Of a stretch of DNA of 64,000 bases, positions 1 to 14,082 are shown piece by piece. Location: contig CAVSQK010000041.1 in NCBI GenBank assembly GCA_963729885.1, forward strand, positions 9,741-73,740. The letters run 5' to 3'. Within the stretch, counting starts at the first letter, position 1. Every line of letters begins with the position of its first letter. Source of the stretch: an uncultured Actinomycetes bacterium. Lineage in GTDB: Bacteria > Actinomycetota > Actinomycetes > S36-B12 > CAIYMF01. Position numbers and translations under genes: made by a program. Under the pieces are notes generated by a model. That model searched no databases. It was not told where the DNA came from and was given only the letters and a program-made list of their open reading frames with translations.

Positions 1-2940
<2,940 letters not shown>

Positions 2941-3109
2941 GAGAGCCCCCATTCTCCCACCCCCGGGAGGCCAGCGTCTGCCGCACCGATCCGGCCGGCC
3001 CCAACGCCTCGGCGCAAACCCTCCCGACGGGTCAGATCCTCCCGTCGGACGCGGAGGGTCTGACCCTTCGCGGAGGGTTTGCGGGGTGGGGCGGGTGGGG
3101 GGCGGGTGG

Positions 3110-3904
3110 GGGGTCAGCGCCAGTTGGCTGTGAAGGACGGGGGCCAGGGCGGGGTGGCAGATCAGGACCGGGCCGGCCGTGGGTGGCATCCGGTTGAACG
3201 GCTGCTCGGGGCCGAGGGCGACCAGGCCGGCTGCCAGGGCGCAGGCGTGCGGGGCGGCGAGGTCCCACTCGTTCAGGCCCCCCGGATGCAGGTAGGCCTC
3301 GGCCCGCCCCGCCATGACCTCGCCGAGCTTGGCCCCCACCGAGCCGACGTTGGCCGCCTCGATGCCCCGCGGGGTGATCCCGGACTCGGCGAGGTCGACC
3401 GAGACGTCCTCGAGCAGCCGGCTCAGGCCCGCCGGTGGCCGTGACCGGGAGACCACGATCCGCAGGGCCCGGTTCGTCGGGAGCTCGTGGGCCGGCCGTG
3501 GGTGGTCGGTGCGCCACAGCTCCCCCAGCGCGGGGACGTCCACGACGGCGTCGGTGAGCGCGCCCTGCGCACCCGCGCTGCGCTGCCACAGCGCGACGTG
3601 CACGGCGAAGTCCGTCCGACCCTGGCCGTACTCGTCGGTGCCGTCCAGGGGGTCGATGATCCACACGCGCTCGGCGGCCAGCCGGGCGTCGGAGTCGGTG
3701 GCCTCCTCGGAGAGCACCGCGTCCCCGGGCGCTGCGGCGGTCAGCCGGTCGGAGAGGATCTGCTGGGCCAGCCGATCTCCGGCGTCCATGAGCTCCCGGC
3801 GGCGGACCGTCGTCGTCGACGGGGCCGAAGCGGGCGCGCAGGTCGAGCAGCGCGAGGCCGGCCTCCCGGGCGATCTCGGCGGCGAAGGACGCGTCTGTGG
3901 GCAC
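3110..3904 (-). pseudogene. inositol monophosphatase / CysQ-type 3'(2'),5'-bisphosphate nucleotidase family protein; one frameshift; 3' end undefined
   Basis: GTG at 3904 (VPTDASFAAEIAREAGLALL, ORF 3032..4213 frame). A shift near 3800 moves it into the ORF 157..4287 frame (DAGDRLAQQILSDRL, AVLSEEATDS, WIIDPLDGTDEY, WDLAAPHA). There is no in-frame stop before the mfd ATG, so the end coordinate is a guess. Confidence 0.6.
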
Positions 3905-3944
3905 GTGCGGATCCTCCCACGCGCGGCGCGCGTTCGGCAGCGGC

Positions 3945-4586
3945 TCAGCGGTTGAACTGGTTCTGCGCCGGCTCCAGGCCCTGGCGCACCAGGACCTCGG
4001 TGGCGTCCACCGCCTCGCCCAGGAGCAGGTCGACCTCGGTCCGCTCGGAGCTGGCGAACGGACGCAGGACGAAGTCGGCCGGATCCTGGCGACCGGGCGG
4101 TCGGCCGATGCCCAGGCGCACCCGCAGGAAGTCGCCGCCACCCAGCGACCGGCGCAGCGAGCGCAGGCCGTTGTGCCCGTTGTCGCCGCCGCCCTGCTTG
4201 ATCCGCAGTCCACCCAGGGGCAGGTCGAGCTCGTCGTGCAGGACCACGAGCTGCTCGACGGGGACCTTGTAGAACTCCATCAGGCACGACACCGGGCCAC
4301 CGGACTCGTTCATGAAGCCGCGCGACCGAGCGAGGACGACCCGGGTGGCGCCGTGGCCCAACGGGCCGATCCGGCCCTCAAAGACCTCGGCGCGACAGCG
4401 CCGGTGCGTCGACAGGCTCCCTCCCAGGGAGCCCGCCAGCGACTCGACTGCCATCGCGCCGATGTTGTGCCGTGTGCCGGCGTACTGCGGGCCGGGGTTG
4501 CCCAGCCCGACCACCAACCACGGCGTGTCGGACAAGCCGGGGTCAGTCCTTCTCGTCGACCACGGCAGCAGCGGTGGCAGCCGCAT
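3945..4586 (-). CDS. pth: peptidyl-tRNA hydrolase
   Basis: ORF 3945..4586 carries WLVVGLGNPGPQYAGTRHNIG and GGGDNGHNGLRS. The true start is more likely the in-frame TTG at 4535 (LSDTPWLVVGLGNPG), because the upstream part overlaps the rplY 3' end. Confidence 0.9.
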   Translation of the reverse strand: MRLPPLLPWSTRRTDPGLSDTPWLVVGLGNPGPQYAGTRHNIGAMAVESLAGSLGGSLSTHRRCRAEVFEGRIGPLGHGATRVVLARSRGFMNESGGPVSCLMEFYKVPVEQLVVLHDELDLPLGGLRIKQGGGDNGHNGLRSLRRSLGGGDFLRVRLGIGRPPGRQDPADFVLRPFASSERTEVDLLLGEAVDATEVLVRQGLEPAQNQFNR

Positions 4587-5118
4587 CAGCCGCCTCCTCG
4601 TCAGCCTCGCGGGCCTCGATCACGGCAGCCTGGGCGTCCTCGAGGGCGTGCTGGTCCTCGACGGCCTGCTCGAGGGCAGCGGACGCCGCGGCCTCCGGGT
4701 CCTCGCCTGCGGCGATGGCGGCCTCGATCGCCTCGACGGCGGCGCTGACGTCGACACCGGCCTCCTCGGCAGCAGCCTCAGCGTGCGCGATCGCCTCGGC
4801 CGCGGCCGCACGGGCCTGCGCCTCGGCCTTGCCGATCACCACGAGGTCGACGTGCTCGAGCACCTGGCGGACGACGTCGCGCTGGACGTCGCGGGGGGCG
4901 CAGACGTAGCCGGTGCCCTCGACGTCCAGGGCGAGCACGACCCGCGGCTGGCGCAGGGCCTTGGCGAGGTCGTGGCCGTCGAGGGCGACGTGGACGGGAT
5001 CCGAGCCGTGGCCGTAGATGACGGCGGGCACCATCCCGGTGCGACGCAGCCGGCGGGCTGCGCCCTTGCCGAAGTCGCTGCGCGGGACGGCGGACAGGTG
5101 GACCTGGGTGTCAGACAC
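4543..5118 (-). CDS. rplY: 50S ribosomal protein L25 / general stress protein Ctc, with an acidic Ala/Glu-rich C-terminal extension
   Basis: ORF 4543..5118 has the N-terminal L25 fold sequence (RSDFGKGAARRLRRTGMVPAVIYGHG, VLEHVDLV). It sits between prs and pth as in other actinobacteria. Confidence 0.9.
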   Translation of the reverse strand: MSDTQVHLSAVPRSDFGKGAARRLRRTGMVPAVIYGHGSDPVHVALDGHDLAKALRQPRVVLALDVEGTGYVCAPRDVQRDVVRQVLEHVDLVVIGKAEAQARAAAAEAIAHAEAAAEEAGVDVSAAVEAIEAAIAAGEDPEAAASAALEQAVEDQHALEDAQAAVIEAREADEEAADAAATAAAVVDEKD

Positions 5119-5280
5119 GACACGAACTCCTTGAGACGTGGGGCGATGGTCCTTCGGCTGGAGGGAGGACCCGCCACCACGTCGATCACGGCAGCCGCAA
5201 CGTCACACGCAGCGGGGCACCCTCGCCGAGGAATGGCAGGAGTCTACCGTCGGCCGGACGCCCCGACCAAACGCGGCAGT

Positions 5281-5297
5281 CGTGCGCGGGGCGCACG
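5281..5297 (-). terminator. GC hairpin 16 nt downstream of the prs stop
   Basis: CGTGCGC-GGG-GCGCACG, a perfect 7-bp stem. No clear U tract follows. Confidence 0.35.
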
Positions 5298-5312
5298 CCA
5301 CTGCGCCGGGGC

Positions 5313-6302
5313 TCAGTGCGCGGGATCGCCGTTCGGCGTCGGGTCGAACATCCGCGTCACGGATCCGTCGGTGAAGACCTCCTTGATCGCCGTGGCCAGC
5401 AGGGGCGCGATCGACAGGACGGTCAGCTTGTCGAGGTCCGCACTGATCGGCAGCGTGTCGGTGACGACCACCTCGGAGATCGGCGAGTCGGCCAGCCGCT
5501 GGGTGGCGGGATCGGACAGGATCCCGTGCGTCGCGGCGACCACGACCTCCTTGGCACCCTGCTCGAGCAGCGTCTCGGCCGCCTTCACGATCGTCCCGCC
5601 GGTGTCGATCATGTCGTCGACGACGACGCACACCCGGCCCTTGACCTCACCGACGACCTCGAGCACCCGGACCTGGTTGGGCACATCAGGGTCGCGACGC
5701 TTGTGGATGATCGCCAGCGGGGCGCCGAGCACGTCGGTCCAGCGCTCGGCCACGCGCACCCGGCCGGCGTCCGGGGACACCACGGTGATCCTCTCGCCGG
5801 CAAGGCGGGCCTGGATGTGGTCGGCCAGCAGCGGCAGGGCGAACAGGTGGTCCACCGGGCCGTCGAAGAAGCCCTGGATCTGGGCGGTGTGCAGGTCGAC
5901 GGAGATCAGCCGGTCAGCACCGGCGGTCTTGAACAGGTCGGCGATCAGCCGGGCGCTGATCGGCTCCCGGCCGCGGTGCTTCTTGTCCTGCCGGGCGTAC
6001 CCGTAGAAGGGCAGCACGACCGTGATCCGCTTGGCCGAGGCGCGCTTGAGCGCGTCGACCATGATCAGCTGCTCCATGATCCACTTGTTGATCGGCGCCG
6101 TGTGGGCCTGGAGCACGAACGCGTCGGCCCCGCGCACCGAGTCCTCGAAGCGCACGAAGATCTCGCCGTTGGCGAAGTCGTAGGCCGAGGTCGGGGTCAG
6201 GGTCACGTCGAGCTCGGCTGCGACGGCCTCCGCCAGCGCGGGATGACTGCGCCCGCTGAAGAGCATGAGGTGCTTCTTGGGCTTGTGGGTCATCCGGGCC
6301 AT
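5313..6302 (-). CDS. prs: ribose-phosphate pyrophosphokinase
   Basis: ATG at 6302 (MARMTHKPKKHLMLFSGRSHPALA) inside ORF 5313..6428. Motifs seen: VVLPFYGYARQDKK and VVDDMIDTGGT. Confidence 0.95.
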   Translation of the reverse strand: MARMTHKPKKHLMLFSGRSHPALAEAVAAELDVTLTPTSAYDFANGEIFVRFEDSVRGADAFVLQAHTAPINKWIMEQLIMVDALKRASAKRITVVLPFYGYARQDKKHRGREPISARLIADLFKTAGADRLISVDLHTAQIQGFFDGPVDHLFALPLLADHIQARLAGERITVVSPDAGRVRVAERWTDVLGAPLAIIHKRRDPDVPNQVRVLEVVGEVKGRVCVVVDDMIDTGGTIVKAAETLLEQGAKEVVVAATHGILSDPATQRLADSPISEVVVTDTLPISADLDKLTVLSIAPLLATAIKEVFTDGSVTRMFDPTPNGDPAH

Positions 6303-6328
6303 GTGCTGTCCTCCTGGACGCCGAGCGG

Positions 6329-6979
6329 TCAACGGGGCACATCGTTGCCGATGGCGCCCGCGGAGGCGACACCGACCCCGTTGTTGGCCGCGGCGTCGCC
6401 GAGGCGGACCCGCCAGCACCGGTAGCACATCGGGTCGTAGGTGACCTTCTGGTTGCCCCCGGCCCGGGCGACATCTCCGATGACGACCGTGTCCCCGGTG
6501 GCGGTGAGGCGGCCGTCGACGAAGCGGGCGTTGATGACCGCCGGGCGCTCACAGGCGGCACAGCGGGGCTCGATGGCCATCGGCGCGACCTTGTCGGCCA
6601 GCTCCAGCAGCCGCCGGGCCCCCTCGAACAGCGCCGAGGAGAAGTCCGTGCGCAGGCCGAAGCAGATGACCTCCGTGCCGGCCGCGCTCATCCCGGCGAG
6701 CACGTCGACGTCGCCGGCGGTCAGGAACTGGGCCTCGTCGATCACGACGGTGTTCGCCCCGTTGAACAGCTCCGGGCGGACGGTGCCGGGCTGCAGCTGG
6801 ATCGCCTGGGCCGTCATCCCGGTGCGCGAGGTGACGGTCTCGGTCGAGCGGTCCATCGTCGTGGCGAGCACCGCACGGTTGGGGTGCGAGGCGGCGTCGG
6901 GTCGGTTCTTCTCGTGGGCGGTCATCAGGGCGAACGCCGACTTGCCCGACCCCATGACGCCGAAGTGGAACGCGAGCAT
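6329..6979 (-). CDS. tdk: thymidine kinase (type II)
   Basis: ORF 6329..6979 has P-loop [16 protein letters not shown], and paired Cys motifs (CAACERPA ... CYRCW). The ATG lies 4 nt after the likely glmU stop. Confidence 0.85.
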   Translation of the reverse strand: MLAFHFGVMGSGKSAFALMTAHEKNRPDAASHPNRAVLATTMDRSTETVTSRTGMTAQAIQLQPGTVRPELFNGANTVVIDEAQFLTAGDVDVLAGMSAAGTEVICFGLRTDFSSALFEGARRLLELADKVAPMAIEPRCAACERPAVINARFVDGRLTATGDTVVIGDVARAGGNQKVTYDPMCYRCWRVRLGDAAANNGVGVASAGAIGNDVPR

Positions 6980-6982
6980 GCC

Positions 6983-8442
6983 TCACTCCTGCCCGGTGGT
7001 GGAGCCGGCCGACTCCTGCGCGGCCGCCGCTGCCCGTGCCGAGGCCGTCCCCTCCCGGCGGACAGCACCCAGCCCTCGATCGTGCGCTGCCGGGCGCGGC
7101 CCAGGCCCAGGGCCCCCGGCGGGACGTCCTCGGTGATCACCGAGCCGGCGGCGGTGTAGGCCCCGTCGCCGATCGTCACCGGGGCGACCAGCATCGTGTC
7201 CGAACCGATCCGGACCTGGTCGCCGACGACCGTGGCGTGCTTGGCCACGCCGTCGTAGTTGACGAAGACGGTGGCGGCGCCGATGTTGGAGCCCTCCCCG
7301 ATCGTGGCGTCGCCCACGTAGGACAGGTGCGGCACCTTCGAGCCGGCGCCCACCTGGGAGTTCTTGATCTCCACGTACGCCCCCGCCTTGGACCGCTCCC
7401 CGAGGACCGTCCCGGGGCGCAGGAACGTGAACGGCCCCACCTGGGCGCCGGCCCCGATCCGCGCCGAGGTCGCGTGCGTGCGGATCACGTGCGCCCCCGG
7501 ACCGACCTCGCAGTCGACCAGCAGGGTGTCCGGGCCGACCAGGGCGTCGGCGGCCACGCGCGTGGTCCCGCGCAGCAGCGTCCCGGGCTCCAGGGTGGCG
7601 TCCTGGCCGATCTCGACGGTGACGTCCACCCACGTGGTGGCCGGATCGACGACGGTGACGCCCGCGAGCATCCATCCCTGCACCACGCGCCGGTTGAGCT
7701 CGCGGCGCATCGCGGCCAGCTGCACCCGGTCGTTGACCCCCTCGGTCTGCCACACGTCGTCGGTGACCACAGCCGCCACGCGGCCGCCCGCAGCCCGGGC
7801 CAGCGCCAGCACGTCGGTCAGGTAGAGCTCGCCCTGGTCGTTGTCCGGGCGCAGCTGGGCCAGGGCGTCGACGAGCACCCGGCCGTCGAAGGCGTAGATC
7901 CCGGAGTTGATCTCGTCGATCGCCCGCTGGTCGTCGGTGGCGTCCCGGTGCTCCACGATGCCGGCCACCGAGCCGTCCCCGGCCCGCACGATGCGCCCGT
8001 ACCCGGTCGGGTCGGCGACCCGGGCGGTCAGGACGGTCACGGCGTTGCCGTCGGCCTCGTGCTGGGCCACGAGCTCGGCCAGGGTCGCGCCGGTGAGCAG
8101 CGGGACGTCGCCGTAGGTGACCACGACAGTGCCGCTGGTGACGTCCCCGGACTCCGCCAGGGCGCACTGCACGGCGTGCCCCGTGCCCAGCTGCTGGTCC
8201 TGCACGGCGGTGCGCACGTGCGGCGCCACCTCGGCCAGGTGCGCCGCCACGGCGTCACGCCCGTGACCGATGACCACGACGAGCCGATCGGCTCCCAGGA
8301 CGTCGGCGGCGGCCACCGCATGCCCGACGAGGCTGCGCCCGCCGATCTCGTGGAGCACCTTGGGGGTGGCCGAGCGCATCCGCTTGCCCTCCCCCGCGGC
8401 GAGGACGATGACAGCGCTGACGTGGGCTGCGGGGTCGGTCAC
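6983..8442 (-). CDS. glmU: bifunctional GlcNAc-1-P uridyltransferase / GlcN-1-P acetyltransferase GlmU; C-terminal tail frameshifted as assembled
   Basis: GTG at 8442 ([22 protein letters not shown]) in ORF 6925..8601. Left-handed beta-helix hexapeptide repeats are present. After [13 protein letters not shown] (about 7065) the natural tail [26 protein letters not shown] is in the ORF 6983..8167 frame and stops at 6983. The uncorrected frame runs on to 6925. Confidence 0.9.
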
Positions 8443-8491
8443 GGGGGTCCTTCGCGGGTCGCGGCCGGCTCGGGTAGCGCGGCCGTGGGTG

Positions 8492-8562
8492 CTCCCGGTG
8501 AGGGACTCGAACCCCCATTGAGTGCTCCAAAGGCACCTGTCCTGCCGTTGAACGAACCGGGA
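8492..8562 (-). tRNA. tRNA-Gln (anticodon TTG)
   Basis: Reverse complement: TCCCGGT TC GTTC..GGAC A GGTGC CTTTGGA GCACT CAATG GGGGG TTCGAGT CCCTC ACCGGGA G. It has a cloverleaf with U1:A72, anticodon loop CU-UUG-GA and a T-loop TTCGAGT. Folded by hand only. Confidence 0.85.
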
Positions 8563-8609
8563 TCGGCGGTGCTGAGAAGGATAGCCCCGCTCCGGGGCCA
8601 CAATGGAGC

Positions 8610-9254
8610 ATGGCCGCCAGCACCCCGCAGTCCCGAGGTCGGGTCCGGATGAGCGCGCTCGAGCGCCGCGCCCAGCTGATCGACGTCAGCCGGGGGATCT
8701 TCGCCGAGCGCGGGTTCGACGCGGCCAGCATCGAGGAGATCGCCGCCGCCGCCAAGATCTCCAAGCCCGTCGTCTACGAGCACTTCGGCGACAAGGAGAG
8801 CCTGTACGCGATCGTCGTCGACCGCGAGATGACGCTGCTGATGTCGATGATGACCGAGTCCCTGACCTCCGACCGGCCGCGCGTCCTGCTCGAGCAGGCG
8901 GCGACCGCCCTGTTCGACTACATCGACGCCCACACCGACGGGTTCCGCGTCCTGCTGCGCCCGCACCCGCGCGGCGACCAGCGGGGCGGCACCTTCGGGA
9001 CCGTCATGCGCGAGGTCGCCGACCACCTGACCGACCGGTTGGTCGTCGTGTGCCGGAACTACAACTACCCGGTCGCGCTGGCCCCGATGTACGCCCACAT
9101 GCTCGTGGGCATGGTCGCCCTGACCGGCGAGTGGTGGGCCGAGGTGCGCAAGCCCAGCAAGGAGCAGGTCATCACGCAGGTGGTGAACATGGCGTGGAAC
9201 GGCGTCTCCGGGCTGGAGCGGGACCCGGGCCTGGTCACCCGGGTCCACGAATGA
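8610..9254 (+). CDS. TetR/AcrR family transcriptional regulator
   Basis: ORF 8610..9254 has the N-terminal [51 protein letters not shown]. It is divergent from tRNA-Gln/glmU. Confidence 0.85.
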   Translation: MAASTPQSRGRVRMSALERRAQLIDVSRGIFAERGFDAASIEEIAAAAKISKPVVYEHFGDKESLYAIVVDREMTLLMSMMTESLTSDRPRVLLEQAATALFDYIDAHTDGFRVLLRPHPRGDQRGGTFGTVMREVADHLTDRLVVVCRNYNYPVALAPMYAHMLVGMVALTGEWWAEVRKPSKEQVITQVVNMAWNGVSGLERDPGLVTRVHE

Positions 9255-9855
9255 GCGTCGAGCCGCCCGCGCGGGGGCCACCACGGCGCCCCGGACGACC
9301 TCCGGGCCAGCGCCCGCAGGCGCCCGGCCTGCGTCCGCAGCCGCCCGGTCCGCGCCCGCAGGCGACGACGTCGACCGGGTCATCGAGGCCTGGAACCGCC
9401 AGCGCCCCGACCTGGATCTCGCCCCGCTGTCGGTGCTCTCCCGCGTCAGCCGGCTCGCCCGCCGCCTGGACCGCGCGCGCGACGTCGCGTTCGCCCGGCA
9501 CGAGCTGGCCGTCTGGGAGTTCGACGTGCTCGTCGCGCTGCGCCGCACCGGGCCGCCCTACCGGCTCACTCCCGGGCAGCTGCTCGCCGAGACGCTGGTC
9601 ACCAGCGGGACGATGACCAATCGCATCGACCGGCTGGAGACGCGTGGGCTGGTCGTGCGCGAGCCGGTGCCCGACGACCGCCGCGGCACCTGGGTCGCCC
9701 TCACCGACGAGGGCCGCAGCCGGGTCGACGGCGCGTTCATCGACCTGCTGGCCGAGGAGCGCGACCTGCTGGCCGTCCTGCCCCCCGAGGACCAGTCCGA
9801 CCTCGCCGCGAGCCTGCGCCGCCTGCTGCTGCAGTTCGAGTCCCCGCCCGACTGA
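9251..9855 (+). pseudogene. MarR family transcriptional regulator; N-terminal frameshift as assembled
   Basis: The winged-helix core (FDVLVALRRTGPPYRLTPGQLLAETLVTSGTMTNRIDRLETRGLVVREPVPDDRR) is in ORF 9433..9855. That frame continues upstream through DDVDRVIEAWNRQRPDLDLAPLS but has no start codon. The only start is ATG 9251, which overlaps the TetR stop (ATGA) in another frame. A 1-nt shift is therefore needed between about 9255 and 9360. Confidence 0.75.
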
Positions 9856-10028
9856 CCGCCGGTCCAACCTCGCGCCAGTTCCGCTGCAAAGGCCCTGCGC
9901 ACGTCCCCGCTGCAGAACCGCCGCAGTTCCGGTGGAACGCGCTGCCCGATAGGTGGAGGGTCGACCGGAACACGCGTGTTGGCTGGCGCCAGCCAGGCCG
10001 GGATCCACCGGAACGAGTGCGAGGTTGG

Positions 10029-11964
10029 TCAGCCCTCGAGGGCCTCGCCGAGCTCGAGCCAGCGCTCCTCGAGGTCGGTGTGCTCGGCGGCGAGGGCGGC
10101 GTCGTCGGCTGCCAGGGCCAGCAGCCGCTCGTGGTCGGTGTGGGCGTCAGCCATCTGGGTGTGCAGGCCCTCGCGCAGGGCCTCGATCCGGGCCATTCGC
10201 GACTCGACCCGGGCCAGGTCCTTGCGGGCGGCGTGGGCCGCGGCCCCGGTGAGCGCGGCGGGGCCGCGGCTCCGGCGGGCAGCGGCCCCGGCGGCGGCCG
10301 GGCGCACGCGGGCACCGGCGGGGCACCACGCGGACCGAGGACCCGACCGGGAGCACGCCGCCCACGGCGCCGGAGGACCCCGGGGCACTGGCGCCGGTCG
10401 ACAGCAGGCTGCCACTGGCCGAGGATCGGCGCTCCAGGTACTCCTCGACGCCGCGCGGCAGGTGGCGCAGCCGGCCGTCGCCGAGCAGGGCGTACAGGTC
10501 GTCGCAGGTCCGCTCCAGGAAGTAGCGGTCGTGGCTCACGACCACCAGGGTCCCCGGCCACGAGTCCAGGACGTCCTCGATGACGGCCAGGGTCTCCACG
10601 TCCAGGTCGTTCGTCGGCTCGTCGAGGACGAGCAGGTTGGGGCCGCCGATCAGGAGCTTCAGCAGCTCCAGGCGCCGCACCTCGCCGCCGGACAGGTCGC
10701 CGATGCGGGTCATGGCCTTCTCGCCCTTGAACCCGAAGTCCTCCAGCAGGGTTCCGGCGGTGACCGTCCTGCCGCCGATCTCGATCTCGCGTCGGAGCCG
10801 CTCGACGCTGGGCAGCACCCGGTCGTCGGGGTTCCCGGCGACGATCGTCTGCGGAAGGGTGGCGGCCACGACGGTGGACCCGATCACGATCGTGCCGGCA
10901 TCCGGCTCCCGCTGGCCGGTGAGCAGGCGCACCAGGGACGTCTTGCCCGCGCCGTTGGGTCCCAGGAGCCCGACGCGGTCGCCGGGCCCCAGCTGCCAGG
11001 TCAGGTCCTCGATCAGCGTGCGCTCGGTCGCGAGCTCGCCCGGACCCCCGACGCCGGGAACCCGCAGCGCCACCGACTCGAGGTCGACGACCTGCCGGCC
11101 GAGCCGGGCCGAGGCGACCCGGCGAAGGGCGAGCGTGTCGCGCAGCTCGGGGACGTCGGCGATCAGCGCGTTGGCGGCGTCGATCCGGAACTGCGGCTTG
11201 GACGTGCGCGCCGGCGGGCCGCGGCGCAGCCACGCGAGCTCCTTGCTGACCAGGTTGCGCCGCCGGGACTCGGCCACCGCCTCACGCCGCTCGCGCTCGG
11301 CGCGGGCCAGGACCCATGCGGCGTAGCCGCCCTCGAACCGGTACACGGTCCCGTCGGCGACCTCCCACGTGGTGGTGGCCACCTCGTCGAGGAACCACCG
11401 GTCGTGGGTCACGACCGCCAGGGTCGGAGGTCCGGTGGGGCCGGTCAGGAAGCCGGCGAGCCAGGTGACGGCCTCGATGTCGAGGTGGTTGGTCGGCTCG
11501 TCGAGAAGCAGGACGTCGCCGGGATCGATGAGCGCCCGCGCCAGGGCCAGCCGGCGCCGCTCGCCGCCGGAGAGGCCCTCGAGCCCGGTGTCCAGGCCCT
11601 GCGCGTAGCCCTCGGCCCGCACGCCGCCGAGCAGCCCGGTGAGCACTGCGCGGATCCGCGGATCCGCCGCCCACTCGTGCTCGGGACGATGGCCCACCGT
11701 GACGTCGCGAACGGTGCGCGCCCCCGCGGGGAGGGCATCGGACTGCCCGACCATGACGACCCGGGCCCCACCGGTGCGGATGACCCGCCCGGAGTCCGGC
11801 TCGGCCACGCCCGCGAGCACGCGGAACAGCGTCGACTTGCCGTCGCCGTTGCGCCCGACGACCCCGACGCGCTGGCCGCGCTCGATGCCCAGGGTGACCC
11901 CGGCCAGGACCGCACGCGTCGCGAAGACGACATGGATGTCCTCGAGGGCGACGACGGGCGGCAT
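10029..11964 (-). pseudogene. ABC-F family ATPase (two ABC domains plus C-terminal coiled coil); one frameshift
   Basis: ATG at 11964 (MPPVVALEDIHVVF) in ORF 10147..12489. Two Walker A motifs ([18 protein letters not shown]) and two signatures (LSGGERRR, LSGGEVRR). The coiled-coil tail KDLARVESRMARIEALREGLHTQM...WLELGEALEG* is in ORF 10029..10415. The shift is near 10320. Confidence 0.85.
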
Positions 11965-12129
11965 GGGGCCCAAGGTTAGTCGCCCGGGCCGATAGGGTCG
12001 GACGCACGAGAGTTCGCCCCCGCCTCGACCGCCCGCCTGCCCCCGAGACCCGACCGACCCGCGCAACCGCCGCCCGCCCTCGACCGCCCGACCAGCCCAC
12101 CCGGCTGGCCCACCCGCCCAGGAGAGCCC

Positions 12130-13100
12130 GTGCCCGAGTTGTTGGTCGTCGAGCCGGTGTTCGCCGAGCGGCTCTGGGGTGGCACGACGTTGCGGGCGTG
12201 GTTCGGCGAGGCAGTCCCCGAGGGGATCATCGGGGAGTGCTGGGCGGTCTCCGGGATGCCCGGGATGAGCGGGTTCATCCGCTCCGGTGCTCCGGAGGGG
12301 TTCACGCTGCGGCAGGCGTGGGCGCCGGCCTGGTGACGGGTCGTGAGGAGACCGGCGACTTCCCGCTGCTGTGCAAGTTCCTGGACCCCCAGGACTGGCT
12401 CTCGGTGCAGGTGCACCCCGATGACGACCAGGCCCAGGTGCTGGAGGGACAGCCGCGGGGCAAGGCCGAGTGCTGGCTGGTCGTGTCATGCCAGGACGAC
12501 GCCGCCCTGATCCTCGGGCACACCGCCGCCACCGCCGACGACCTGCGCCAGGCGCTGGCCGACGGCACCCTGATGGAGCACCTGGTCACCGTGCCGGTGG
12601 CCCCGGACGACTTCTTCATGGTCAACGCCGGCGAGGTGCACTCCGTGGGACCGGGGATGCTGGTCTACGAGGTCCAGCAGAGCAGCGACATCACCTACCG
12701 GCTCTACGACTTCGACCGCGTTGGCCCCGATGGCCAGACCCGCGAGCTGCACGTCGACAAGGGGTTCTCCGTCGTCACGGCCCCGCACGACCCGGCCGCG
12801 GCGCGGACCGCCGGACCCTGGGAGCAGATCGGGACAGGCGGCCGCACCCGGGTGCTGGTGGACTGCCCGCAGTTCCGGGTCCAGCGCTGGGAGCTGCTCC
12901 AGGAGGACTGCCGTCTGGAGGCGCCGGGGTTCCGGGTCCTGACCGTCATCGGCGGCTCGGGCACCCTGTCGACCGACCACCAGTCCATCGAGCTGGGCCT
13001 GGGCACCAGCGTCGTCATCCCTGCCGGCACCGGATCCGTGCACCTCGCCGGCGACCACCTCATCGCCATCACCACCGATCCCGGGCCGGCACTGGCCTGA
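12130..13100 (+). pseudogene. manA: type I (class I) mannose-6-phosphate isomerase; one frameshift
   Basis: N-terminus in ORF 12130..12336 (VFAERLWGGTTLRAWFGE, GECWAVSG). The remainder is in ORF 12198..13100 (FPLLCKFLDPQDWLSVQVHPDD, AECWLVV, VYEVQQSSDITYRLYDFDR). The shift is near 12330. Confidence 0.75.
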
Positions 13101-13130
13101 CCCCGTCGGGAGGTCGTCCCGACGGCGCGG

Positions 13131-14057
13131 TCAGTCGCTCCGGCTGATCACACGGGCGCCCGGGGCGGGCCCGGTGGTGCTGAACGCCGCACGCACCTGC
13201 TCCAGCCCGGACAGTGCGGCGTTGACCCGGGCTGCAGCGGCGGGGTCCGCCACCAGGAACGCCACGGTCGGCCCTGAGCCGGACACGATCCCGCCGAGGG
13301 CACCTGCGGCCGACCCGGCGTCGAGCACGTCGCGCAACCTCGGGCGCAGCGTGAGCGCCGGTTCCTGCAGGTCGTTGTGCAGCACCCTGGCCAGGGCCCT
13401 GGCGTCGCCGGCGATCAGCGCTGCGACGACGGCGGCGTCCGCCTGGGGCTCGGCCACGATGCGGTCCTCGACGAGGCGGTCGAAGGCCCCGTACACCGCG
13501 GGAGTGGACAGCCCCTGGGTGGCGGTCGCGAAGACCCAGTGGAAGGTGCCGCGGACCATCAGCGGGCTGAGCTGCTCGCCGCGGCCGAGCCCCAGGGCCG
13601 TGCCCCCCATGAGGCTGAACGGCACGTCGGATCCGAGGTCGAGGGCCAGCCGGGCCAGGTCGTCACGGCCCAGCGGCGAGCCCCAGAGGTCGTTGAGCGC
13701 GACCAGCGCGGCCGCGCAGTCCGCCGATCCCCCGGCCATCCCCCCGGCGACCGGCACGCCCTTGGTGATGGAGATCCTCAGGTCAGGAGCGGGACGGCCG
13801 ACCTCGAGGGCCAGCCGCTCAGCGGCCCGCCACACCAGGTTGGTGGAGTCGCGCGGGACCTCGTCGGCCTGCAGACCGGTCACCGAGTCGATGACGATCC
13901 CGGTGCCGGGCGCCCCGATGGCGACGGTCACCTCCTCGGACAGCGCCACCGCATGGAACACGCTGGCCAGCGGGTGGAACCCGTCGTCGCGCACCGCCCC
14001 CACCGACAGCTGGATGTTGACCTTGCCCGGTGCCCGGGCGGTCACGGAGGCGCTCAC
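13131..14057 (-). CDS. ispE: 4-diphosphocytidyl-2-C-methyl-D-erythritol kinase
   Basis: ORF 13131..14057 carries APGKVNIQLSVG and the GHMP kinase motif KGVPVAGGMAGGSADCAAAL. Confidence 0.9.
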   Translation of the reverse strand: MSASVTARAPGKVNIQLSVGAVRDDGFHPLASVFHAVALSEEVTVAIGAPGTGIVIDSVTGLQADEVPRDSTNLVWRAAERLALEVGRPAPDLRISITKGVPVAGGMAGGSADCAAALVALNDLWGSPLGRDDLARLALDLGSDVPFSLMGGTALGLGRGEQLSPLMVRGTFHWVFATATQGLSTPAVYGAFDRLVEDRIVAEPQADAAVVAALIAGDARALARVLHNDLQEPALTLRPRLRDVLDAGSAAGALGGIVSGSGPTVAFLVADPAAAARVNAALSGLEQVRAAFSTTGPAPGARVISRSD

Positions 14058-14082
14058 GGGAGTGCAGCGTAGCCGTCGGCGG

